A stretch of DNA of 64,000 nt from an uncultured virus (IMG/VR IMGVR_UViG_3300030524_000005) (taxonomy: Duplodnaviria > Heunggongvirae > Uroviricota > Caudoviricetes): the IMG/VR virus record IMGVR_UViG_3300030524_000005, one strand, 5' to 3'. The position numbers and the translations under genes are program-made. The notes under the pieces were generated by a model. That model did not search any database. It worked only from the letters and a program-made list of their open reading frames with translations, and was not told the DNA's origin. This document shows positions 56,728 to 64,000 of the stretch, one piece after another. How positions within the stretch are numbered: the stretch's first letter is position 1; every line of letters starts with the position of its first letter.

Positions 56728-57089
56728 GCTGCACCTCGCTCGGCAGCCTTCTCAGCCGCAGTCATCAGCTCATCTGCCTTGTTGTCGGCCATCTTGCCGA
56801 ATGCAGTCGCCAGCAGTGTGCGCACAGCAAAGCCGAGACGCGCATCGCGATTCGCTTCGTCGCCGGCCCATGCGCAGCTCAGAATCGTGCCCTCAGCTTG
56901 CGCGAAGTATTCGACAGCGCATTGCATGTCGAGGCCGGTTGGAGCTGCACAGAGGCGCTCGTATTCAGTGCGAGCGAGCTTCTCGTGCTCAGCGTTGTAT
57001 GCCTCAATCTGGCCCAGCAAGCGCGTGTAATGCGATGCAGCTTGCTCGTGGCGCGCTTCTGCTATGGATTCGGTACGGGCTAAGTTCAT
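56724..57089 (-). CDS. hypothetical protein
   Basis: GAGG RBS. Confidence 0.6.
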   Translation of the reverse strand: MNLARTESIAEARHEQAASHYTRLLGQIEAYNAEHEKLARTEYERLCAAPTGLDMQCAVEYFAQAEGTILSCAWAGDEANRDARLGFAVRTLLATAFGKMADNKADELMTAAEKAAERGAA

Positions 57090-57153
57090 GGATACCTCTG
57101 AGAGTGGTGCGGCGTCCCACCGCTGCGGCGTATGGAGCGGCCGTCGCTTAACG

Positions 57154-57850
57154 CTATTCGGCGTCGATCATCCGCGACAGCAGTTCATGCGCGGAGGCTT
57201 GGAGGGTTTTTACTGTAGGCCCCTGCGGCGGCCCATGCGGCGGCCCCTGCGGCGGCCCGTGCGGCGGCCCGTGCGGCGGCCCCTGCGGCGGCCCATGCGG
57301 CGGCCCCTGCGGCGGCCCATGCGGCGGCCCATGCGGCGGCCCCTGCGGCGGCCCATGCGGCGGCCCGTGCGGCGGCCCCTGCGGCGGCCCCTGCGGCGGC
57401 CCATGCGTTTGCGGCTTCGGTTTTTGCCTTTTCAAGTGCTGGCATCGCAAGACGCAAGTCTTGCTCGCACGTTAAGGGTGGCAGCGCTTTCAGCGCATTA
57501 GCATGGGGCATGAGTGCCGGCGTTAAAGTGAGCCAGGCAGCGGTATGCACGCGTACCAACCAGTCCATCGCCATCCAAGAACGCTTGCGGGAGAGTTCGG
57601 GACCCTTGTTCGTGCCAACCAGGCGCACGATGTACTGCTTGAGCTGCTCGCGCTCTTCGTCGCAGTGCATGCCGTCGTTCCACGAGATGCCGAAAGAACG
57701 AAGCACCGGATCGACGCATTCCGGCGTGTCGCCAAACGGTTCGTTAGCGAACATGCTCACGACTTCGAGCAGGCAGTGACCATCGTCGGGCGAGCCGTGA
57801 CCGCCATGATTCAGGGCGATTGCATCGAGCATTTCCAGTGTCAGTTTCAT
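57154..57850 (-). pseudogene. AAA(W/G/R)-repeat protein, probably frameshifted after the repeat
   Basis: GHGSPDDGHCLLE..PECVDP..WND domain; a plausible C-terminus PTVKTLQASAHELLSRMI lies in another frame. Confidence 0.6.
57218..57408. repeat. 16 x 12-bp coding tandem repeat
   Basis: GCGGCGGCCC(A/C/G)T units with one variable base. Confidence 0.95.
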
Positions 57851-57867
57851 CTCTTCCTCTCCAGTTA

Positions 57868-58005
57868 TTAGAAATTGAGCCAGCGCACCACATACCGCAC
57901 GTATCCGATTGCTTGTTCCAGCCGATCAGCCAAAGTGTGGGCGTCGTCAGGCGTATCAAAGCCGCCTTCGTCAGCACCGGTTCGGATATCGATTACGTGG
58001 TACAT
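57868..58005 (-). CDS. first early-left small protein (45 aa)
   Basis: Translated by hand; GAGG RBS. Confidence 0.5.
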   Translation of the reverse strand: MYHVIDIRTGADEGGFDTPDDAHTLADRLEQAIGYVRYVVRWLNF

Positions 58006-58096
58006 GACGGCCTCGCGGTTGTTCGTGGTGCTGCGTTGGAATCAACTATAATTCAACGTATGCATTTTGCCAATGATTTTTGAATAAATATTTGCG

Positions 58097-58390
58097 TCAT
58101 GGCAATAGCGGTATTGTCCTTTTCCTCCGCTTGCGGCCTCGGACTATGGAGAACTTGACAATCGATGTGCGGTTGTCGTCGCCATTTCCGAAGTGTGCGA
58201 CGAGTTCTTCTATAGACAGATCAAGCACTCGGGCTATCTGTTGAGCCTCGCCGAGCCTGACTTCTCGCTTGCCGCTGAGAGTGAGGGACATGCTTGACGG
58301 ATTCATATGGATCGCGTCCGCCAGTTCCTTCTGAGACATCTTGCGGGTCTTGAGCAATGCGCGGAACCATTTCAGGTCAATGTGTCGCAT
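58097..58390 (-). CDS. XRE-family repressor, HTH only
   Basis: MSQKELADAIHMNPSSMSLTLSGKR; divergent from the cro-like gene. Confidence 0.85.
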   Translation of the reverse strand: MRHIDLKWFRALLKTRKMSQKELADAIHMNPSSMSLTLSGKREVRLGEAQQIARVLDLSIEELVAHFGNGDDNRTSIVKFSIVRGRKRRKRTIPLLP

Positions 58391-58501
58391 ATTGGATACT
58401 CCAGTGGGGTAATGACAACTTGACCACCGAAGTATAGGAAAGATTCCCTTGAGGTGTTCTTGGTGATACGCTAATATCAACGAAACGGAAAGAGGACTGC
58501 T

Positions 58502-58732
58502 ATGACCCCCGCTGAGATTGTCATCAAAGAATTCAATGGAATCGCGCCACTCGCTAGAGCTCTGGGTATAAGCTCAGCAACGGTTTGCCGGTGGCGCAGG
58601 CCTCGCCCGAAAGATCCGCAAGGAGGGCAAGTGCCGGGCAAGCACCATCGTCGCATCATCGAAATTGCGAAAGATCGCAACTTACCGATTGTCTTAAAAG
58701 ACCTCTGGTATGGCCGAGAAGAGCAGGAATAG
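58502..58732 (+). CDS. Cro-like regulator
   Basis: FNGIAPLARALGISSATVCRW..GQVP. Confidence 0.85.
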   Translation: MTPAEIVIKEFNGIAPLARALGISSATVCRWRRPRPKDPQGGQVPGKHHRRIIEIAKDRNLPIVLKDLWYGREEQE

Positions 58733-58738
58733 AGCATC

Positions 58739-59554
58739 ATGGCGTGCGCTGAGAAGAACAAGGCCGACATATGGATGCCGATTTATATCGGTAACTATTT
58801 GGCGGACACAACTCGCTTGACCACCGAACAACATGGGGCATATTTTCTGCTCATGATGGACTATTGGCGCTCTGGTCCGCCGCCCGACGATGATGAAATT
58901 CTGCAAAACGTCACGCGTTTATCTGCATTTCTTTGGAAGAAAACGCGGCCTGTTCTAGAGAAATTATTTTATGTCCATGATGGTGCATGGCATCACAAGA
59001 TAATTGATGAGGAAATCGCTGCTGCCCTTGAGGGAAAAGGGGCAGCGAGCGAAAAGGCACGGAAGGCAGCGGAAGCGAGATGGGGAAAAAAGGATGCTCC
59101 GAGCATTGCTCAAGTAGATGCCCCAGAGGTGCTTGAGGAATGCCCTTTACCATTACCATTACCGTTAACACCTAAAACCTTAGCAACAGGCGGAAAAAGT
59201 ACGCATAGCGGTATACCTCGCGCGCAACCTGCCGAATTGTCTGCTGCAATGCGTCGATACAGCATCGCAGCGCAACCCGCAGATCCCCGAATCATCGCAG
59301 CGGCTGATGCCGGTGTTTCCGTCGCAACGGTCGAAGCCGCATGTGCGGAAGCCAAAGCCGCTAAGCCAGGTCAGCGCATAGCGCCGGCGTACGTCCTTCG
59401 AATCGCCGAGCGATGGACCACCGAAGCAGCTGCGCCACAGGCCCGCGCATCACCCTCTAAGCCTTTGAACGTGCATGACGATCGCAGACGCGCCTACGAA
59501 ATTCTCACCGGAAACACGCCTCATGAACCTGCCAGCGACATCATCGACATCTAA
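58739..59554 (+). CDS. DUF1376/YdaU-family replication initiator
   Basis: WMPIYIGNYLADTTRLTTEQHGAYFLLMMDYW. Confidence 0.9.
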   Translation: MACAEKNKADIWMPIYIGNYLADTTRLTTEQHGAYFLLMMDYWRSGPPPDDDEILQNVTRLSAFLWKKTRPVLEKLFYVHDGAWHHKIIDEEIAAALEGKGAASEKARKAAEARWGKKDAPSIAQVDAPEVLEECPLPLPLPLTPKTLATGGKSTHSGIPRAQPAELSAAMRRYSIAAQPADPRIIAAADAGVSVATVEAACAEAKAAKPGQRIAPAYVLRIAERWTTEAAAPQARASPSKPLNVHDDRRRAYEILTGNTPHEPASDIIDI

Positions 59555-60164
59555 CCCCCTAGCGCCGAGCAATTGGCCGAAGGATGCTGCGCCGGAGCAT
59601 TGGGTCACGGGTCTGTTCGAGAAAATGGCCAGGACGTGGGGCGCTCGTTTCCTCGACCAGTGGCGCGGGGTTGACCTCGAAGGCGTTAAGGTCGAGTGGG
59701 GCAGGGCACTCGCGAAACTATCGAACGCTGAGCTCAAAGCCGGGGTTGGCGCGCTTCTTACGCTGAAATTTCCGCCGACGCTTCCCGAGTTCTTCGGCCT
59801 GTGCAAGCAGACGCGGCTTTACGAATCTGCCAGCCATACGCTTCGGCTTGAAAGCGGAGGTCAATCGACGCCGAGTGTTGTTGATGCCCATATCGCGCAG
59901 ATTGGACCGCTGCTCAAGCGGTTGACCAACCCCGAGCCGACCGCTGAGTGGGCATTTAAGCTGCTTCGGCGTGGGATGTCGCTATCTGGCTTGCCACTCA
60001 CCTATGAGGTCCGTCGCTGCGCTACTGACGCGATGCTTTCGAGCGCTGGACGCAAGGTGCTCGAGAACTGTGCGGATGAGGATCGCGAGGAATACACGAA
60101 CCTGTACCAGATCGCCAGGGCTTTGAAACTGGCCACTGGGCAGAAGATTTGGGAGACACCATGA
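59523..60164 (+). CDS. replication partner (P-like helicase loader candidate)
   Basis: LFEKMARTWGARF.DQW..FPPTLPEF..LC; follows initiator. Confidence 0.65.
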   Translation: MNLPATSSTSNPLAPSNWPKDAAPEHWVTGLFEKMARTWGARFLDQWRGVDLEGVKVEWGRALAKLSNAELKAGVGALLTLKFPPTLPEFFGLCKQTRLYESASHTLRLESGGQSTPSVVDAHIAQIGPLLKRLTNPEPTAEWAFKLLRRGMSLSGLPLTYEVRRCATDAMLSSAGRKVLENCADEDREEYTNLYQIARALKLATGQKIWETP

Positions 60165-60198
60165 TCACCAGCACACGCGTGCGCGATGGAGCTAAAGC

Positions 60199-60690
60199 AT
60201 GACTATCGTCATTGGTATCGACCCTGGCATAACCGGTGCTCTCGCCACTCTCGACGGTGAAAGCGTCTACGTCGATGACCTGCCGATCCGCCTCAAGCGA
60301 GATGTGAGCAAGGTCAAGAACGAGATCGACCCCGTCGCTTTGAAGGCGCTTCTGCTGAAACGCTTGCCAGCTGATCGCAGCGCCATATGCGTCATGGAGG
60401 TGCTAAACACCTTCGCTGGCGGTTCGGTGCAGACGATGGCATCACTGGCGGCTACGAAGGCTGTCATCAGCACAGTGCTCGAACTGTGCGGTGTAGACAC
60501 GCTATTCGTCTCGCCCCAGGCATGGCAGAAATGGTATGGCATCCGCAAGAGCGAAATCAGCGATACCAAAGATCAGAGTCTTGCCCATGCGCGAAAGCTG
60601 TTCGGCTCTGCATTCTGTCCGCTCAAGAAGCATCATGGGCGTTCTGACGCTCTGTTGATCGCTAGGTATGCGCAGAGGCATTTCGTATGA
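60199..60690 (+). CDS. RuvC-like Holliday junction resolvase
   Basis: IGIDPGITGA, VME, SPQAWQK, DALLIA. Confidence 0.88.
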   Translation: MTIVIGIDPGITGALATLDGESVYVDDLPIRLKRDVSKVKNEIDPVALKALLLKRLPADRSAICVMEVLNTFAGGSVQTMASLAATKAVISTVLELCGVDTLFVSPQAWQKWYGIRKSEISDTKDQSLAHARKLFGSAFCPLKKHHGRSDALLIARYAQRHFV

Positions 60691-60745
60691 GCAGCCTCGC
60701 GCCGATCAGTTATGCCGTGGCTCAACATTCGTTGGAGATTTTGTG

Positions 60746-60949
60746 ATGACGCCAGAACGATTGAGGGAGAAGCGCACGCAGCATGTAGCGCGTGAGCTTC
60801 TGCGTATGCAGATGGCTGTCGTGGAGCAGAACGCGGTGATGCACTCAGCGATGCTTAAAGAGCAAGAAAATTACATGATCGCCGTTGAAACTGCGTCTCG
60901 GGAGTTCAATGCGATTTGTTTGGCGCTTTCGTTTACGAGATTCGTTTAA
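60746..60949 (+). CDS. hypothetical protein
   Basis: GGAG RBS. Confidence 0.45.
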   Translation: MTPERLREKRTQHVARELLRMQMAVVEQNAVMHSAMLKEQENYMIAVETASREFNAICLALSFTRFV

Positions 60950-60951
60950 CC

Positions 60952-61188
60952 ATGCAGTCCCTCGCACGCCTCTCAGCAATCCTCTGCCGCGACCCTGTGT
61001 TTCGACAATGGCTCGTGCACGACACCGATTTCAATCCGGGGGATGCGGCAGAGGCTGCCGAGGTCGTGCGCGTCGTATGCGGCATAGACAGCCGCCGCGA
61101 GCTGGACACGAATCCGACCGCTGCTGAGCGGTTTCACGAGCATTTGCGCAAGCCGTTCATCGAATGGAGAGATCATCATGAAGGATAG
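60952..61188 (+). CDS. conserved phage protein
   Basis: LCRDPVFRQW..CGIDSRRELD. Confidence 0.7.
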   Translation: MQSLARLSAILCRDPVFRQWLVHDTDFNPGDAAEAAEVVRVVCGIDSRRELDTNPTAAERFHEHLRKPFIEWRDHHEG

Positions 61189-61540
61189 TCATCGCAACCT
61201 ATGCCTGGCGGTCGAGGCGAATCCAGGGGCCACGTTCGATGAATTGGCCGAGGTGATGTGCCAGAAGCCGGACGCGATCCGCAAGAAGGCGCTACTACTT
61301 ATCGAGCTGGGCATGCTGCGTGGTGATCGCAAAGGTCGAGCGCAGAAAACTCGTCTATTCCGCACTAGCGAGCCCCTTGGCGACGCTGCCGAGTTCAGGA
61401 TAAGCGCCTACACGGCCAAGCGATACGCAGAGGCACAGGCGCGGCTAGCGCCGCCTCCTGTGCCGGATTTAGCGCATCTCATGCCCGAATTCGTTCGGCA
61501 GTCGCTACGATTCACATCAACCCTGGAGCAATCATGCTGA
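61178..61540 (+). CDS. winged-HTH-like protein
   Basis: NPGATFDELAEVM..LIELGML. Confidence 0.6.
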   Translation: MKDSHRNLCLAVEANPGATFDELAEVMCQKPDAIRKKALLLIELGMLRGDRKGRAQKTRLFRTSEPLGDAAEFRISAYTAKRYAEAQARLAPPPVPDLAHLMPEFVRQSLRFTSTLEQSC

Positions 61541-61707
61541 AATTCTGCCTTTGCACGCTGTTTGTCGCCTTTTTGGTCGGACTGTTCGTCCATCCGGTGG
61601 CTGCATCGCTCGTTTTCGCGGGTGCTTGGCTAGTCCACACCCGATAATCTTGCCAAATCATCAAGATTGAGGTATGAATACCGCCATCAACATTTCGGAG
61701 AGTCGCC

Positions 61708-61863
61708 ATGCCAGCAGCTAAACAGGGCGAGAAGCTTTCCGACTTCCTCTCGCGGTTTGTGTCATCGAAACGTGAGGATCGCAAGTACTCGAACGTCAAG
61801 CAGCGCCTTGCTTTGGGCTACTCGGAAGCCAGAGAGCAGGCCAAGAAAGGAGTTAGGTCATGA
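61708..61863 (+). CDS. small basic protein (51 aa)
   Basis: Translated by hand: MPAAKQGE..QRLALGYSEAR; GGAG RBS. Confidence 0.55.
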   Translation: MPAAKQGEKLSDFLSRFVSSKREDRKYSNVKQRLALGYSEAREQAKKGVRS

Positions 61864-62354
61864 GACGAATTGCGATCGCTAGGTTACATTTTTTGTTGCG
61901 CCTCGATGAAGCGACCGGGTTCCTGTGCTGGCGAGGGGCTAGCTTAGGGCATCACGCCGACGATCGCGCCGGAAGCCTGAAGAGCGATGGGTATCGCCGG
62001 GTCTACATCGATGGTTCGCGCATCTATGAGCACCGAATCACGTTCGCGATGACAAATGGTCGTTGGCCAGATTTGCACGTTGACCATGCCAACGGAGTAC
62101 GTGATGACAATCGTCCCTGCAATCTTCGCGAGGCAACAAGGTCCCAAAACAATGCAAATAGTAAGATTTCTTTGCGTAACACCAGTGGGCTCAAGGGTGT
62201 CGGGTTCCACAAGCAAATAGGTAGATTCAGGGCCGACATACGGATTGAGGGGAGCCTCAAGTACCTCGGCCTATTCGATAGCGCAGAAGAGGCGCATGCC
62301 GCCTATATGCGAGCAGCGCAGCAATTCCATGGCCAATTCGCGAGGGCAGCATGA
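61860..62354 (+). CDS. HNH-AP2 endonuclease
   Basis: HR..VDHANG.RDDNR..NLR; SGLKGV..YLGLFDSAEEAH. Confidence 0.92.
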   Translation: MRRIAIARLHFLLRLDEATGFLCWRGASLGHHADDRAGSLKSDGYRRVYIDGSRIYEHRITFAMTNGRWPDLHVDHANGVRDDNRPCNLREATRSQNNANSKISLRNTSGLKGVGFHKQIGRFRADIRIEGSLKYLGLFDSAEEAHAAYMRAAQQFHGQFARAA

Positions 62355-62502
62355 GCAAAATCTCACAGAAACCGAGTCAACCCAAATCGCAGCCTAGGCT
62401 TCCCACTGGGCACTTCGACCGGAATGGCACCAGCCAAGGCCAGCAGAGCGGCGCAGTACGCAAGTCGCCAGACGCCTACAACGATCGCAAGGAGCAAAAA
62501 TA

Positions 62503-62967
62503 ATGCCCCGTGACGTCAAAGGAAAGGCCAAGGGCGACGAGACCATGAGCGCGGTCAACATGACCGACATGCGCCGCACCAACGCTGCGAAGAAGGAAGG
62601 CGCGACCAATGCCATGACCAACTCTGACGGCCCCGAGTATCCGTACGGCCTAAAGGTGCATCTCGACCACGACAGCATGAAGAAGATGGGCATGAACGAT
62701 ATGCCCGAGGTCGGTAGCGAGGTCACGATGCATTCGAAGGCGCATGTCGTCGGCGCTCGTGCAGAGAAGCGCGAGGGCGGCGATGAAGAGCGCCATGTCG
62801 AGTTGCAGATTACGCACCTTGGCGTTCATCACAAGCCGGATGGCATGACCAAGCAAGCGCAGGCTGGCAGTGGTAAGACGCCGGATGCTGGCAAGGTGAC
62901 CGAGAAGAAGGGCGCTAAGCCGGGTTATACGAAGCCTGAGCCGGCATACGGCAGGAAGCGCCACTGA
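62503..62967 (+). CDS. capsid staple/decoration-like protein (epsilon15 gp10-like)
   Basis: DM..PEYPYGL.VHLD..KKMG..P.VG..VELQIT. Confidence 0.6.
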   Translation: MPRDVKGKAKGDETMSAVNMTDMRRTNAAKKEGATNAMTNSDGPEYPYGLKVHLDHDSMKKMGMNDMPEVGSEVTMHSKAHVVGARAEKREGGDEERHVELQITHLGVHHKPDGMTKQAQAGSGKTPDAGKVTEKKGAKPGYTKPEPAYGRKRH

Positions 62968-63317
62968 TGCCTAACCAGCTTATCACCATGGAAGAAATGG
63001 CCGCGGACTTCGATCGGATCTGCCTGGAGAACGGTGTAACGCCGCAGGAGTTCTTCGGGGCTTTGCGCCATGCTGCTGCGACTGAATACGATGCGGATGA
63101 GGATGCCAGAGTAAGGAAGATTTATGGGTTGGAGGCTTATTGACATGATGCACCTACCTTCGATTGTGAGTCCGCCGCAGCGCAAGTCACACATCTTTTG
63201 CGAGGCTGGGAAGTGGGTGCTGCGCACATTCGGACCTGCTATGGCATGGGATATGCCGTTTGAGTCGGTTACGGATATTCAGCGGTATCACAAGCGCTAC
63301 ATACGGAGATTTCGCTG

Positions 63318-63596
63318 ATGACTATCGATTATGAGCGTGGAACTGGGCGCACGACAGAGCAAATGAAGGCTGCGCCGCGCGGTGCCGTATATGTTTCTCC
63401 GCATCCTTTCGCCACCGACTATGTCCGCAAGCTCGCTGCGAAGATTTTGCGGGAAGACCTAAGGATCGTAGAGCCTTCGTGGCTAGACCATGGATGGCAC
63501 GGCAAGATTTTGGAGGGCATCGTCGTGGACCATGCATGCCATCTGGATGACCATCATCGACAACTTCTTTTGAATGCCGAAACAAGGATTCGATAA
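63318..63596 (+). CDS. minimal P-loop-like protein
   Basis: RGTGRTT..AVYV..IVVDH in 92 aa. Confidence 0.5.
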   Translation: MTIDYERGTGRTTEQMKAAPRGAVYVSPHPFATDYVRKLAAKILREDLRIVEPSWLDHGWHGKILEGIVVDHACHLDDHHRQLLLNAETRIR

Positions 63597-64000
63597 TGGG
63601 CGTCAACCTCAAGACCAATGGCGCTGGCGGGGAGTTGTCTTACGAGACGAAGACCTACGTTGCGCCCGACGAGAAGATCCAGCCGCTTCACGACTACATC
63701 GTGGTCGAGCCGCTGCCGATAGAGCATTCGAAGATTCTGCTTGTTGTCGAAGAGATCAAGCCGGTTCGCGGGATCGTGAAGGCTGTTGGGCCTGGCCACT
63801 TTCCATTGCGATATGACCACCCGGACAAGCACCGTCGCACGAAGATGTGGCGCAGCAAGACATTTTTGCCAACCCAGGTGAAGGTGGGCGATATCGTTGA
63901 GCTCGGCTCGGTGCAGTTGGAAGGCCGGTATGTTGGCTACAGCTTTCAGCAAATTTATTGGGGAAACACGATGCATATCATGTGCCGTGAAGCCGATGTG
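63596..64000 (+). CDS. GroES/Cpn10-like co-chaperonin, truncated by window end
   Basis: Translated by hand: IQPLHDYIVVEP..GIVKAVGPG..VKVGDIV..CREADV. Confidence 0.85.
   Translation, partial: MGVNLKTNGAGGELSYETKTYVAPDEKIQPLHDYIVVEPLPIEHSKILLVVEEIKPVRGIVKAVGPGHFPLRYDHPDKHRRTKMWRSKTFLPTQVKVGDIVELGSVQLEGRYVGYSFQQIYWGNTMHIMCREADV

Larger units (their letters stand above)
46157..64000. mobile_element. Prophage B; right end lies outside the window
   Basis: att, int, xis, early-left genes, repressor/cro, second replication module, start of late genes. Confidence 0.8.

Noticed and set aside
57064..57501. Plus-strand RRPM/RRPL ORF, or a CRISPR/DGR reading of the repeat
   Set aside because: Shadow of the 12-bp coding repeat; no spacers, cas genes or reverse transcriptase in the window
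1..64000. Single circularly permuted phage genome
   Set aside because: The genes after cro do not match the window start; two replication modules and two late regions are present

Overview
The whole 64 kb window is temperate-phage DNA, probably from a betaproteobacterial (Burkholderiaceae-like) host; the host assignment is inferred from protein families and the tRNA-His fragment. It is best explained as two different prophages in tandem. Prophage A (<1 to ~46,157) is a contractile-tailed phage. It carries a cII-like gene, a replication initiator with DnaB, many small early genes, a Q-like activator and late promoter, a leader rich in structured RNA around an HTH-metallophosphoesterase, and complete head, sheath, baseplate and fibre modules. 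It also has an acyltransferase moron, a holin and GH73 endolysin, a second fibre module, and a distal HNH-like/lipoprotein/patatin cassette. The junction (46,157-46,207) is the 3' half of a tRNA-His, flanked on both sides by IHF-consensus sites and arm-type repeats. Prophage B (46,157 to >64,000) carries int/xis, early-left genes, a short repressor and cro, a second unrelated replication module, RuvC-like and HNH-AP2 genes, a capsid-staple-like gene and a GroES-like gene cut by the window edge. Its early-left genes include a C5 methyltransferase with a nested alternative-frame subunit and two damaged genes. The strongest candidates for undescribed systems are the structured-RNA/phosphoesterase late leader and the patatin-lipoprotein cassette. 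All family calls come from reading motifs by eye; no database searches or folding programs were run.
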